This document shows positions 8,721 through 17,651 of a stretch of 64,000 nucleotides of DNA, piece by piece. Position numbers and translations under genes: made by a program. The stretch lies in contig CAXXIA010000002.1 in NCBI GenBank assembly GCA_963666985.2, forward strand, positions 832,001-896,000, written 5' to 3'. Source of the stretch: Spirochaetia bacterium. Its GTDB lineage: Bacteria > Spirochaetota > Spirochaetia > DSM-2461. Position 1 is the first letter of the stretch. Each line of letters opens with the position of its first letter. The notes below the pieces were generated by a model. That model saw nothing but the letters and a program-made list of their open reading frames with translations, was not told the origin of the DNA and did not search any database.

Positions 8721-10055
8721 TTATTCGCCGATGGCGATAAGATCTTCTTCCATCTTCTTGATGGCTTCGTCCACGGTCAGCTCATGAGTGATGGCTTGAT
8801 TCACCCTCAATCCGAGAGCGTTCTGGACTTCATTGGCTTTGGGTCCGCGGGGACGATAATCACCGTCTCCGTTTTCAAAGACGTTCAGCATCACCGGCAG
8901 CCAAGGTTTCTCCTTCAGAATGCCGGGATCGTTCAGGGTGGAATACCTGATGGGGGCTCCGTCGTGCAGCATCCATTCTTTCTGCATCTTTTCGCCGCAG
9001 ATGTACTTCACGAAGGCCCAAGAGGCTTCTTTCTCGACATCGCCGATGTCGTCGTTGATGCCCACTCCCCAGCCGCCGACACCGTAGAGGGAATCAACAC
9101 CCTCGGCCAGAGGAGTCGCGGTCATGCCGGTTTTCCCGCCGACCATGGAAATTTCGGGATTTTCATATCCTGCCCGGGCGATGCTCCAGCTGGACTGCAT
9201 CACGGCCTGGCCGGTCCGGTAAGCGGTTTCCCTGTCGTCCCACCAGTAGCCGATGGCTCCCGGAGGGGCATATTTATCAAAAATCCGGACGTAGAATTCC
9301 AGGGACGCCTTGGCTTCGGGACTGTTGACGGCCACGTTGCCTTTCTCGTCGTATAAGGAAGCGCCGTATGCCCTCATGTATTCCATCCAGTCCTGAGCAA
9401 CCGCCGATCCCCTCGCCCCGTTGGCCACAAGGCCGTAAAGATTCTGTTCCGGACGGGTAAAGAATTCGGCGATGTCCTCAAGAGCTTCCAGAGTTTGGGG
9501 AGCGCCGAGGTCGTATCCGTAGCGGGCTTTGAACGCTTTCATCTCTTTCGGATCGGTGAAAAGATCCTTCCGGTAAATCAGGCTGTTCGCGTATCCGGCC
9601 ATCGGGAAAGCGATCTGCCGGCCGTTCCAGGAACCCATGGACCACATCACGGGAATGATGTCGTCGAGATTAACCTCATCGGCGTCCCGTTCCATCAAAT
9701 CGGTCAGATCCATGGTGAATCCCTTGTCTTCAAATTCACCGGTCCACATAATGTCGACGGTCGCCAAATCGTAGAGTTTGGTGTTGGAAGCATAATCCTG
9801 GGTAATCTTCTGGTACAGTTCGACATACCCGATAACATCGACCAGAATATCGGCTCCCGTTTCATCCGCGAAGGATTTTCCAAGCTCTTTCAGGTAGTCC
9901 GCATACTGTTCGGCGCAGACCGCCATCGTCAGAGAGACACCCTCGTAAGGGAGTTCCGAAACGGCTCCTTTTGCCGATGAGTCCTGAGAACCGCCGGCGA
10001 AAAGAAAAACCGATACCGCTGTAAGTACGCATAAGGCGCTTACTATCCTTTTCAT
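8721..10055 (-). CDS. Sugar ABC transporter substrate-binding protein
   Basis: Signal peptide followed by 'FAGGSQD'; 'YRKDLF', 'GGWGVGIN'; leads two permeases. Confidence 0.92.
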   Translation of the reverse strand: MKRIVSALCVLTAVSVFLFAGGSQDSSAKGAVSELPYEGVSLTMAVCAEQYADYLKELGKSFADETGADILVDVIGYVELYQKITQDYASNTKLYDLATVDIMWTGEFEDKGFTMDLTDLMERDADEVNLDDIIPVMWSMGSWNGRQIAFPMAGYANSLIYRKDLFTDPKEMKAFKARYGYDLGAPQTLEALEDIAEFFTRPEQNLYGLVANGARGSAVAQDWMEYMRAYGASLYDEKGNVAVNSPEAKASLEFYVRIFDKYAPPGAIGYWWDDRETAYRTGQAVMQSSWSIARAGYENPEISMVGGKTGMTATPLAEGVDSLYGVGGWGVGINDDIGDVEKEASWAFVKYICGEKMQKEWMLHDGAPIRYSTLNDPGILKEKPWLPVMLNVFENGDGDYRPRGPKANEVQNALGLRVNQAITHELTVDEAIKKMEEDLIAIGE

Positions 10056-10116
10056 AAAAACCCTCCTACAGATTTTTTTATGAATGCTCCTATTTGATTC
10101 AAACGCAGAGGTTCCT

Positions 10117-11148
10117 TTACTCCTGCATTTTCACCGCCACCCTGTAATTTTCCGGATTCAAAGAGGCCCTGAATGCCTTTTCGGCCCGATTCAGAGGATG
10201 GATTTCATTTAAGTACGGTTTCATGTCCACGAGGTTCTCCGAGAGAAGACGGGCGGCCCGGAAGAAATCCTCCGTGGAGGGGCTGTAGGATCCGGTAATC
10301 ACCTGCTGGTTGTAATGAACGGCATTTGGATCGAAGGGGATGGTTCCCTTGGGATGAAAGGATCCGTAATAGATTATTGTCCCGGATTTTCTGACATAAC
10401 CGAACGCTTCTTCGGCTATGGACAATTGCGGCGTGGTAATAATGAAACAGTCGAGCTTCTTCCCGCCGGTGAACTCATCGACGGCTTGAGAAACCGATTC
10501 TCCGAACGGATCGACCGTCCGATGCACGCCGACTTCACGGGCCAGGGCCGCTTTCGTTCCGTTCGGTTCCATGAGGAGAACCTTGGCTCCCCTCATGGCC
10601 GCCAGGATGCCGTTGAGCTGTCCCATGATGCCGCCGCCGGAAATCCCGACGAAGTCTCCCGGCAGAATATCCGCCCGCATAACGCTGTGATAGCAGCAGG
10701 CAAGAGGTTCGGCGAACGCCGCGATTTCCAGCGGAAGGTCGGAAGCGACTTTGAAGATTCGTCCGGGTTCCAAATCGATGTACTGCGCCATTCCGCCGCT
10801 TCCGGGGATTCCGCCGTACTCCCTTTTCCTGGAAACGCCCTCGCAAAGATTCGTTTCCCCGGCATAACAGAATCGACAGTGACCGCAGTGATCGAGGGTT
10901 TTGAACACAACCGAATCCCCGACGCGGAAAGAGGTTGCCGTATCGGGATGAATCTCTTCAATAACTCCGGATGCCTCATGCCCGGGAACGAAGGGCAGCG
11001 GCGGAGAATCGCCGGTAAAAATCCGCTTTTCCCAAGTACAGATAAGACAGTATTCAATCCTGATGCGGATGAATCCGGGAAGTAATTCCGCGAGCGGAAC
11101 TTCCTTAATCTCGATTGTCTCCGGGGCCGTCACCGTCAGCGCTTTCAT
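10117..11148 (-). CDS. Zn-dependent alcohol/polyol dehydrogenase (MDR)
   Basis: 'PGHEASG', structural Zn 'CGHCRFC...C', 'AEPLAC', 'GGGIMG'. Confidence 0.9.
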   Translation of the reverse strand: MKALTVTAPETIEIKEVPLAELLPGFIRIRIEYCLICTWEKRIFTGDSPPLPFVPGHEASGVIEEIHPDTATSFRVGDSVVFKTLDHCGHCRFCYAGETNLCEGVSRKREYGGIPGSGGMAQYIDLEPGRIFKVASDLPLEIAAFAEPLACCYHSVMRADILPGDFVGISGGGIMGQLNGILAAMRGAKVLLMEPNGTKAALAREVGVHRTVDPFGESVSQAVDEFTGGKKLDCFIITTPQLSIAEEAFGYVRKSGTIIYYGSFHPKGTIPFDPNAVHYNQQVITGSYSPSTEDFFRAARLLSENLVDMKPYLNEIHPLNRAEKAFRASLNPENYRVAVKMQE

Positions 11149-11158
11149 GGCGTCTCCT

Positions 11159-11938
11159 TTAGCTCCTCATAACCTCATCGGCCGTCTCGTTTTCATGAAC
11201 GATCCGGCACAGGGCCTTCATGCGGTCGTAGGGATCGGGCTGTCCCCAAACATTACGGCCGATGGCCACGCCCGCACCGCCGACTTCATTGGCGAGCTGT
11301 ACCGTTTTCAACAAAGTTTCAAAATCGGAACTGTGGGCGCCTCCGAGAATAACAACGGGCACGTAGCTGCTCTCGATGATTTCGGCGAATTCCTCCCGGT
11401 TTCCGGCAAAGGTGGTTTTAATGATTGAAGCGCCCAGTTCGGCACCGATCCGGCAGGCCAGCCGAACGTTCTCGGCGCTTTTCTCGGGTTTCGCGCCGAA
11501 GCCTCCGGGCAGCATTTCGGCCATCAGCGGAACGCCCCAGTCCCGGCATTTTTCTCCCAGAAAAGCCAGATTCTTCAGCGTTATCTTTTCGTTGTCCGTT
11601 CCCAGGAAACCCATGCAGGCCACGCCGTCGGCTCCAAGCTTCAGCGCCGCTTCCAGAGAATACAGGAGGGCATCGCCGGATGCGCCGCTCAGCTGACAGC
11701 TTCCTCCGTCCATGCGAAGAATTAAACCGCACCGAGAAAGGGACTTTTCAAACGTATTCGCTACTCCGAATGTCGTCAGGACCGCATCCGCGCCCGCTTC
11801 CAGGCAGCGCTCGATGACGTAATCGGGGCGTTTGAGACCCGGATGAACATCCAGGCTCGCTCCATGATCAATCGGCAGGATAACGGTTTTGTCATCCGCG
11901 CCGAACAGGTTCTTCATTCGTCTCATGTGTCGTGACAC
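11159..11938 (-). CDS. DhnA/LsrF-type class I aldolase family protein
   Basis: 'PIDHG', 'RIGAELGASIIKT' (Schiff-base Lys), 'VVILGG', 'GVAIGRNVW'. Confidence 0.88.
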   Translation of the reverse strand: MSRHMRRMKNLFGADDKTVILPIDHGASLDVHPGLKRPDYVIERCLEAGADAVLTTFGVANTFEKSLSRCGLILRMDGGSCQLSGASGDALLYSLEAALKLGADGVACMGFLGTDNEKITLKNLAFLGEKCRDWGVPLMAEMLPGGFGAKPEKSAENVRLACRIGAELGASIIKTTFAGNREEFAEIIESSYVPVVILGGAHSSDFETLLKTVQLANEVGGAGVAIGRNVWGQPDPYDRMKALCRIVHENETADEVMRS

Positions 11939-13359
11939 TCCTTCATGTTATTTGCGCTTTTTTGGTTGTTGATATCCGACAAATTATGAAAAGAATCCTT
12001 CAAAAGTTCGGACAGCTTCACAAACTCTCCGTAGAGATCTTCGTAGTGCCGCTTCCGAATTCCTGAGGAATCGGGATAAAAGGTTTTGCGAATCCGCAAG
12101 ATACGCAATTCTTCCACGGGATTGGCCATCTTACGGAAATATCCGCAGAGGCAAAGGTCTCCCAATGGGGCCGTATCTTTATAAACCGGCTGAATATAAG
12201 GATGATTCAGAATATCCGCTTTCATCTGAAGCCAGTATTCGTTCTCGGCCCCTCCGCCGGCGGCGAATATGGCTCCTCCCGGCTTATAGAGATCCGCCGG
12301 AAGCAGTTCCAGATTGTGCTTAATCGCGAACGTGATTCCTTGAAGAACCGAACGGCGAAGGGTTTCGCGATCCGTCCGATCGGTTAGGCCGACGAAAGCG
12401 CCTTGAAGCTTATCGTCCCAGAAAGGAGTCCGTTCACCGTTCAGATAAGGAAGAAAAATAGTATTCACGGGTCCGCGAACGGCGCCCTCCGGGGAAGAGG
12501 CCGCCGGGGTTAGGTTCCGAAACCATTCGATGGCCGACCCCGCATTGGACATCAGGGCGATTACAAGTCCCCGTTCGGGAACAACATGGATATCCCCTTG
12601 ATTTCTGCGGGCGCAAACCGAAAGACAGGTTGACGTGCCCGAACCTTCGGTTATGTCGCCGATCGAAACGGCTCCGCCGCCGAGGGCCTCGCAATAAGCG
12701 TCGATGCCTCCGGCGAGAACCGGAATGCCGTCCCTCAGGCCGCAGGAGCGGCTGAACACCGTTCCGGTTTCCCCCACCGGAGCATGGGATTCGAAAACCT
12801 CGGGAAGAAGGGAACAAGGGAATTCCATGCTTTCGGAATCCCAAGAAAGGGCGGACTTGTCGAAAAAAGTCAGGGTTGAAGCGGTGGAAAGATCGAATCC
12901 CTTCCCGCCCGTCAGAAGAAAATTGATATAATCCTTGGGATAGAGGAAGGATTTCACCCGCGGATTCCTCAAAAATTCCCTCAGACACTTGGCTTCCCAA
13001 GACGTGCCGTCCTTCTTGAACGAAGGAAAATCCCGCCGAATCCGGTCAGCTTCCTCCGAAGCGTCGCGATTCTGCCAGGTGGCCATGGGTCCCATGGGAT
13101 TTCCGTCGGCATCAAGAGAAATCAAGGAAGGACCATGACACGAAACGGCGATGCACTCGGGAGCTTCCCTCCGCTCTTCGGCGCCGAAGAGCGAACGGAT
13201 GAAGTCGCCGACGGATTCCGAAAAGGCCGGAACATTTTGATAAAACCCGGGAAGAAAAGTTTCTTCGCGATACGATTGGGAAAACACTTCCAGCGTCCCG
13301 TCCTTCCAGACGGCGGCCTTCATGCTTCCGGTTCCAAGGTCCAGCCCCAAGAACGTCAT
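11923..13359 (-). CDS. FGGY-family carbohydrate kinase (xylulokinase-like)
   Basis: 'LGLDLGTGSMK', 'GGID', 'GTS', 'FLPYLNGERTP', 'GGGA'. Confidence 0.9.
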   Translation of the reverse strand: MTFLGLDLGTGSMKAAVWKDGTLEVFSQSYREETFLPGFYQNVPAFSESVGDFIRSLFGAEERREAPECIAVSCHGPSLISLDADGNPMGPMATWQNRDASEEADRIRRDFPSFKKDGTSWEAKCLREFLRNPRVKSFLYPKDYINFLLTGGKGFDLSTASTLTFFDKSALSWDSESMEFPCSLLPEVFESHAPVGETGTVFSRSCGLRDGIPVLAGGIDAYCEALGGGAVSIGDITEGSGTSTCLSVCARRNQGDIHVVPERGLVIALMSNAGSAIEWFRNLTPAASSPEGAVRGPVNTIFLPYLNGERTPFWDDKLQGAFVGLTDRTDRETLRRSVLQGITFAIKHNLELLPADLYKPGGAIFAAGGGAENEYWLQMKADILNHPYIQPVYKDTAPLGDLCLCGYFRKMANPVEELRILRIRKTFYPDSSGIRKRHYEDLYGEFVKLSELLKDSFHNLSDINNQKSANNMKECHDT

Positions 13360-14102
13360 ACCGCGCCTCCGCTGTTCCTGTTGAGATGAACGACGAACTG
13401 ATAGCGGTCGGATCTGTAGAATCCTTCCGAGAACTCAACAACCCGGGAGTTTTTGTCGTAGGAATAGGTTTTCAGGGACATAACGGAAGCCGGCTGTTCA
13501 ATTTCCAGATAATCGGCGATTCGATCGTCGGCAAGAATTGAAGAAACTTCCCTCTTCGCCTCTTTAATGTAAATGCCGCATTGTTCCTCAATGAGTTTAT
13601 AGATGGATTTTCTATAGTCTTCTTCGAGGCTGAGCCCCAGAGTTCCCAGAATGAAATTTTCGAAATAGCCGATCGGTTCTCCTTCGCAATAGCGAAGCCT
13701 TTTAATGTGAAGAACCGGATCCCCTTCCCTGATTCCCATATGCATCGCAATCAGCGTCGGAGCCAGTGTTAATTGAGCATCCAGAACTTCGGTTGAAAAA
13801 TGGATGGAAGAACCGTTTGTTTTTTCCGAGAAGCTTTGAAGTCCGAAAGCATCGTCGATAAATTTCGGAGTATTAACGATGGTGCCCCGCCCCCGATGTT
13901 TGGAGAGCAATCCTTCGGAAACCAATCCTTCGATGGCTTTCCGAACGGTTATCCTGCTGATGCTATAGGTATCGATCAGTTCACTCTCCGAAGGAATAAT
14001 GTCCCCGGGCTTGTACTCGCCCGAAGTAATTTTCTTGTACAGAATCTTTTCCAGCTGGGCATAAAGAGGAATCAAGCTCTCTGGATCTATTCCATCGTTC
14101 AT
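13356..14102 (-). CDS. GntR-family regulator (HutC/UTRA-type)
   Basis: 'PLYAQL', 'IPSESELIDTYSISRITVRKAI', 'RGRGT', 'YRSDRY'. Confidence 0.92.
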   Translation of the reverse strand: MNDGIDPESLIPLYAQLEKILYKKITSGEYKPGDIIPSESELIDTYSISRITVRKAIEGLVSEGLLSKHRGRGTIVNTPKFIDDAFGLQSFSEKTNGSSIHFSTEVLDAQLTLAPTLIAMHMGIREGDPVLHIKRLRYCEGEPIGYFENFILGTLGLSLEEDYRKSIYKLIEEQCGIYIKEAKREVSSILADDRIADYLEIEQPASVMSLKTYSYDKNSRVVEFSEGFYRSDRYQFVVHLNRNSGGAV

Positions 14103-14125
14103 AGATGAATCCTTCCCGGAATCAA

Positions 14126-14139
14126 TATAACGTTATGAC
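14126..14139 (-). promoter_or_regulatory. Putative GntR/HutC-type operator
   Basis: Palindrome ATAACGTTAT within GTCATAACGTTATA, about 25 bp upstream of gntR. Confidence 0.5.
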
Positions 14140-14352
14140 CATTACTATAAAGGAAGATTCAGGAAGTGAAAGAACGATTCGCCCGAAGAATTGAATTTCC
14201 CGCCTTTTTTAGGACAAAAACACGAAAAAATCGGCAATTCCTACATTCTGGTATGTTTCTTAATTTCAAAAAGAGCGGAAAGGCCCGCTGAAATGAGGAA
14301 ACGGCCCCTCTTTCGCAACAAATAAAGCCCTCCGGTTACGACCGGATCGGCC

Positions 14353-15633
14353 TTATCGTCCCAAAGAATCGTCCTCATGTTCATCGAAGTATTTCAGAAG
14401 CACATAGGTAACATCGTCGTGCATGTGCTGGCCGCCGCGGAATCGATCAAAATCCTCTATCAGCGCCAAATGAATATCGTCGAGCTGACGTTCTTTGTTT
14501 TTACCGATTACCGATTGAATCCGTTCCGGAGTATAAAGCTCCCCGTTATAGTTTTCCTGCTCCAGAAGTCCGTCGGTGGGGATGAAGATGATATCCCCGG
14601 GCTTCAACTTCATTCTGTTCAGCACGGGTTCGTTTTCCGGCATAATCCCGATGGGAAGATTGCTGGAATTGGTCTTAATCCTGTTCAGTTTCCCCTTGCG
14701 ATATAAATATATATAGGAATGACCCATATCGCAGATAAGGGTATTGCCGCTTGCCGGATCGAATTCCAGAAAAATCCCGGTAACGAACTTCTCCGCCTCA
14801 AAGGTTCTGAAAAGATAACGGTTAACCACGCGAACGAACTCGCCGAGTCCTTTGCTGAAGTCGAAAATACTGGACATTCCCCACATCACGGAGGTAATCA
14901 GACTGGCCGCCACGCCTTTTCCGGAAACATCACAGACGGAAATAATCCACTTATCGTCGCTGTATTTGTCAATCGAGTAGTAATCGCCGCCGACACCTTT
15001 AGCGGTTTTGGATGAAGCGACCAGATCGAATCGCATCTCGTGAATGCTGGAAACCTCTCCGGTGAGCTTCTTTTGAAGCGTTCGTGCCATTTCCAAATCG
15101 TTGCGGGATATGTCCGACATATAAATGAGTATCTGCCGGGAACTGAACAGTCCGCGAAAAACCTGTTTCTCGTCAACCAGGGCATACCACGTAACATCAT
15201 CTCCATGCAGACCGTCGTCCAGGGCCTCGCTTACCGTATGGATGTTCTGGGTATATTCAAAAGAAAGCACGCTCACGGCTTTCTCCCTGACGGGCCTGCG
15301 CCGCAGAACATCACGTCCGTAGGGTCTGGCCAAATCTCCCATCAATTCTCTGCGGACGATAACGCCGTAAACCGTCATGTCTTCTTCAAGTACGGCCAAA
15401 GCCATAACCGAAGGATGCTCGGCCAAATCATCGGCAAGGTTTTCCACCGTGGCATCGGCCGCGACATACCAAGACCGGCTTCCGAGAATCCCTATGGTCT
15501 GCGTGTTGCGCTTTTCCTCGGGAAGGCGCCTGAGAACCCTGGAGCCGCTCATGGTTCCGCTGTTCCCAATCTCTTCCTTAACGACTTTTTCAGGCTTGAC
15601 TGTTACCGACGATTCCAATATCTCCGGGGGCAT
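14353..15633 (-). CDS. PP2C/SpoIIE-family phosphatase with N-terminal CBS-like region
   Basis: 'VGGDYY', 'CDVSGKG', 'PTDGLLE', 'DDVT'; N-terminal 'LAVLEED..VYGVIVRREL' CBS-like. Confidence 0.88.
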   Translation of the reverse strand: MPPEILESSVTVKPEKVVKEEIGNSGTMSGSRVLRRLPEEKRNTQTIGILGSRSWYVAADATVENLADDLAEHPSVMALAVLEEDMTVYGVIVRRELMGDLARPYGRDVLRRRPVREKAVSVLSFEYTQNIHTVSEALDDGLHGDDVTWYALVDEKQVFRGLFSSRQILIYMSDISRNDLEMARTLQKKLTGEVSSIHEMRFDLVASSKTAKGVGGDYYSIDKYSDDKWIISVCDVSGKGVAASLITSVMWGMSSIFDFSKGLGEFVRVVNRYLFRTFEAEKFVTGIFLEFDPASGNTLICDMGHSYIYLYRKGKLNRIKTNSSNLPIGIMPENEPVLNRMKLKPGDIIFIPTDGLLEQENYNGELYTPERIQSVIGKNKERQLDDIHLALIEDFDRFRGGQHMHDDVTYVLLKYFDEHEDDSLGR

Positions 15634-15764
15634 CTTCTTTACCTCATCATCCGATACGCCGTTTTTTCACGGCGAACCGTCATAGTCTGGAGGCGGAAAG
15701 TCAGATTTCCATTAGGAAAAAGTCAATGATTCATCCGCTGATCGCGGTCTTCGGAGCCGCTCTT

Positions 15765-17357
15765 TCAGTAGAGCGTTAAGAGTCCGCTCACTTTATCCCG
15801 GCCCAGTACGTGAAGGAAACTCAGCAGCCTGGGACCTTTTTCTTTTCCGATGAGGGCTCTGTAAACAGCCGAGAAGAAATCGGCGGACTCCAAATTATGA
15901 GAATGGATAATGTCGTACATCAGGTTGGAGAATTCTTTTTCCGGAATATCGCCGAGCTTTTCCGCGGCCAGGTTTCCCAAATCCCGAACGGCCGCGGTAT
16001 AGATTTCATCCAGTTCCACGGGTCCCTCTTCAATTCCGCGGACGGAAAAACGGAAATCCTCCGGAGCGAAATCGTTCACCCAGTTCCAGGCGCAGAGGGC
16101 GCGTGTACGAAAGCGTTTCAAATCGGCATTCGGAATATCGCCGAGAAAGTCGATAACGGCATCGACATCACCCGAATGAATCTGCAGAAGAGTGGTAAGG
16201 TGCCGAATCTGAATTTGATAAGGAAGACGGGAAGGGGCTCCGCCGACTTGAGAAAGTTCGTAAACGCGGGCGTCCTTTTCCCATTTCTTGAGCTTTTTGG
16301 GATTATCCGGTTTCTCGAAATACGTCCGCTCGATTTTATCATAATCCTCGTAGATTTTAAGAACGTCCAAATCGAAACTGATGGCGAATTCGCTGTTGGG
16401 GCGTGTTCCGGCGAAGAGGAAGCGGATAACCTCCGGCTGGTAATACCTTAATACATCATTAAGCGACACCACCTCTCCGGATGATGAAGAGATTTTTCCG
16501 CTGCCGCCTTTTACCCGAACAAAATCGTATTGGAAGGTTACCGGAGGTTTATGGCCGAAGACTTCCATGCTCGTAAGTTTGGCGGTATCGAAACTGCCGC
16601 CTTCCGAATGATGGTCTTTTCCCGCCGGCTCGAAATCCACGCTTTCATACGCCCACCTCATGGGCCAATCGATACGCCAGGGAAGTTTTACCGCGGAGGT
16701 TTCCCGAAGATCCACCGTTTCGCTGTTTCCGCAAGAACCGCATTCATAGGACACACCGAAATCCCCGATGCGCCCGGTTACTTTGGTTGTATCCCGTTCA
16801 CACCGCGTACAAAAAACACTCACCGGCCACCAGTCGTCGTCCAGCGGTTCCGTTCGGTGAGTATTCAGCTGCCGCCGGATATCGTTCCGATGATCAAGGG
16901 CGACTTTTATACTGTCCGCGTATTGGGAGGAACGATACTTTTCGGCCTGATAGATGTATTCGGGCTCAATGCCCACCTTCGGCAAAAGGGCTTCCAAAGC
17001 CTTCTCGTTGTGGGCGGCGTAACTCGCCTCATTGCCGACGACATCAGGAACAAGGGTTATGGGTTTACGCAGATACGAGGCAAGAAGCTCCTGCTGGGGC
17101 ATGTTCGCCGGAACTTTTCGGAAAACATCATAATCATCCCAGGAATAAAGAAAGCGAACTTTTTTCCCGCGGTCCTTTAAGGCCCTCACCACCAGTTCCA
17201 CCGAAATAATTTCTCGAAAATTTCCGATATGCACCGTTCCCGAGGGCGTAATGCCCGAGGCACAGACATATTGGCGTTTATCTCCGCGTTCACGGATGAT
17301 CCGATCGGCGGTTACGTCAGCCCAGTGGCTGGAAAGAGGTCCTTGATTGATATCCAT
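15765..17357 (-). CDS. lysS: Lysine--tRNA ligase, class I
   Basis: 'HWAD', 'SGITPSGTVHIGNFRE', Zn motifs CxxC, 'KLPWRIDWPMRW', 'GKDH', 'KISSS', 'GPRL'. Confidence 0.97.
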   Translation of the reverse strand: MDINQGPLSSHWADVTADRIIRERGDKRQYVCASGITPSGTVHIGNFREIISVELVVRALKDRGKKVRFLYSWDDYDVFRKVPANMPQQELLASYLRKPITLVPDVVGNEASYAAHNEKALEALLPKVGIEPEYIYQAEKYRSSQYADSIKVALDHRNDIRRQLNTHRTEPLDDDWWPVSVFCTRCERDTTKVTGRIGDFGVSYECGSCGNSETVDLRETSAVKLPWRIDWPMRWAYESVDFEPAGKDHHSEGGSFDTAKLTSMEVFGHKPPVTFQYDFVRVKGGSGKISSSSGEVVSLNDVLRYYQPEVIRFLFAGTRPNSEFAISFDLDVLKIYEDYDKIERTYFEKPDNPKKLKKWEKDARVYELSQVGGAPSRLPYQIQIRHLTTLLQIHSGDVDAVIDFLGDIPNADLKRFRTRALCAWNWVNDFAPEDFRFSVRGIEEGPVELDEIYTAAVRDLGNLAAEKLGDIPEKEFSNLMYDIIHSHNLESADFFSAVYRALIGKEKGPRLLSFLHVLGRDKVSGLLTLY

Positions 17358-17590
17358 AACAGCTGATGATATCGAAAGGAGAAAGGTTATTCAATGTAAG
17401 TACAGCCGAGCATTTTTCGCGGCGATTTCGAAACGGCGGGAAATTGAACGCGATTATTACGGAAACAAAGCAAAGATATCGGGATTTGTTTTCCAAATCG
17501 GCTTTTAACATACAGGATTAACGATTCCGGACAAAGTGATAGCATTTTTGTACCTTGAGATTGCATTTTTATACAAATAAAACAATTGCA

Positions 17591-17620
17591 TTGACAGATA
17601 AAAATTCAACCTCCTACCAT
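17591..17620 (+). promoter_or_regulatory. sigma70-type promoter for OYE-TRAP operon
   Basis: TTGACA-N18-TACCAT followed by palindrome GTTAATTTTTAAC (17623-17635). Confidence 0.5.
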
Positions 17621-17651
17621 GAGTTAATTTTTAACGAAACAGGATAGGATA

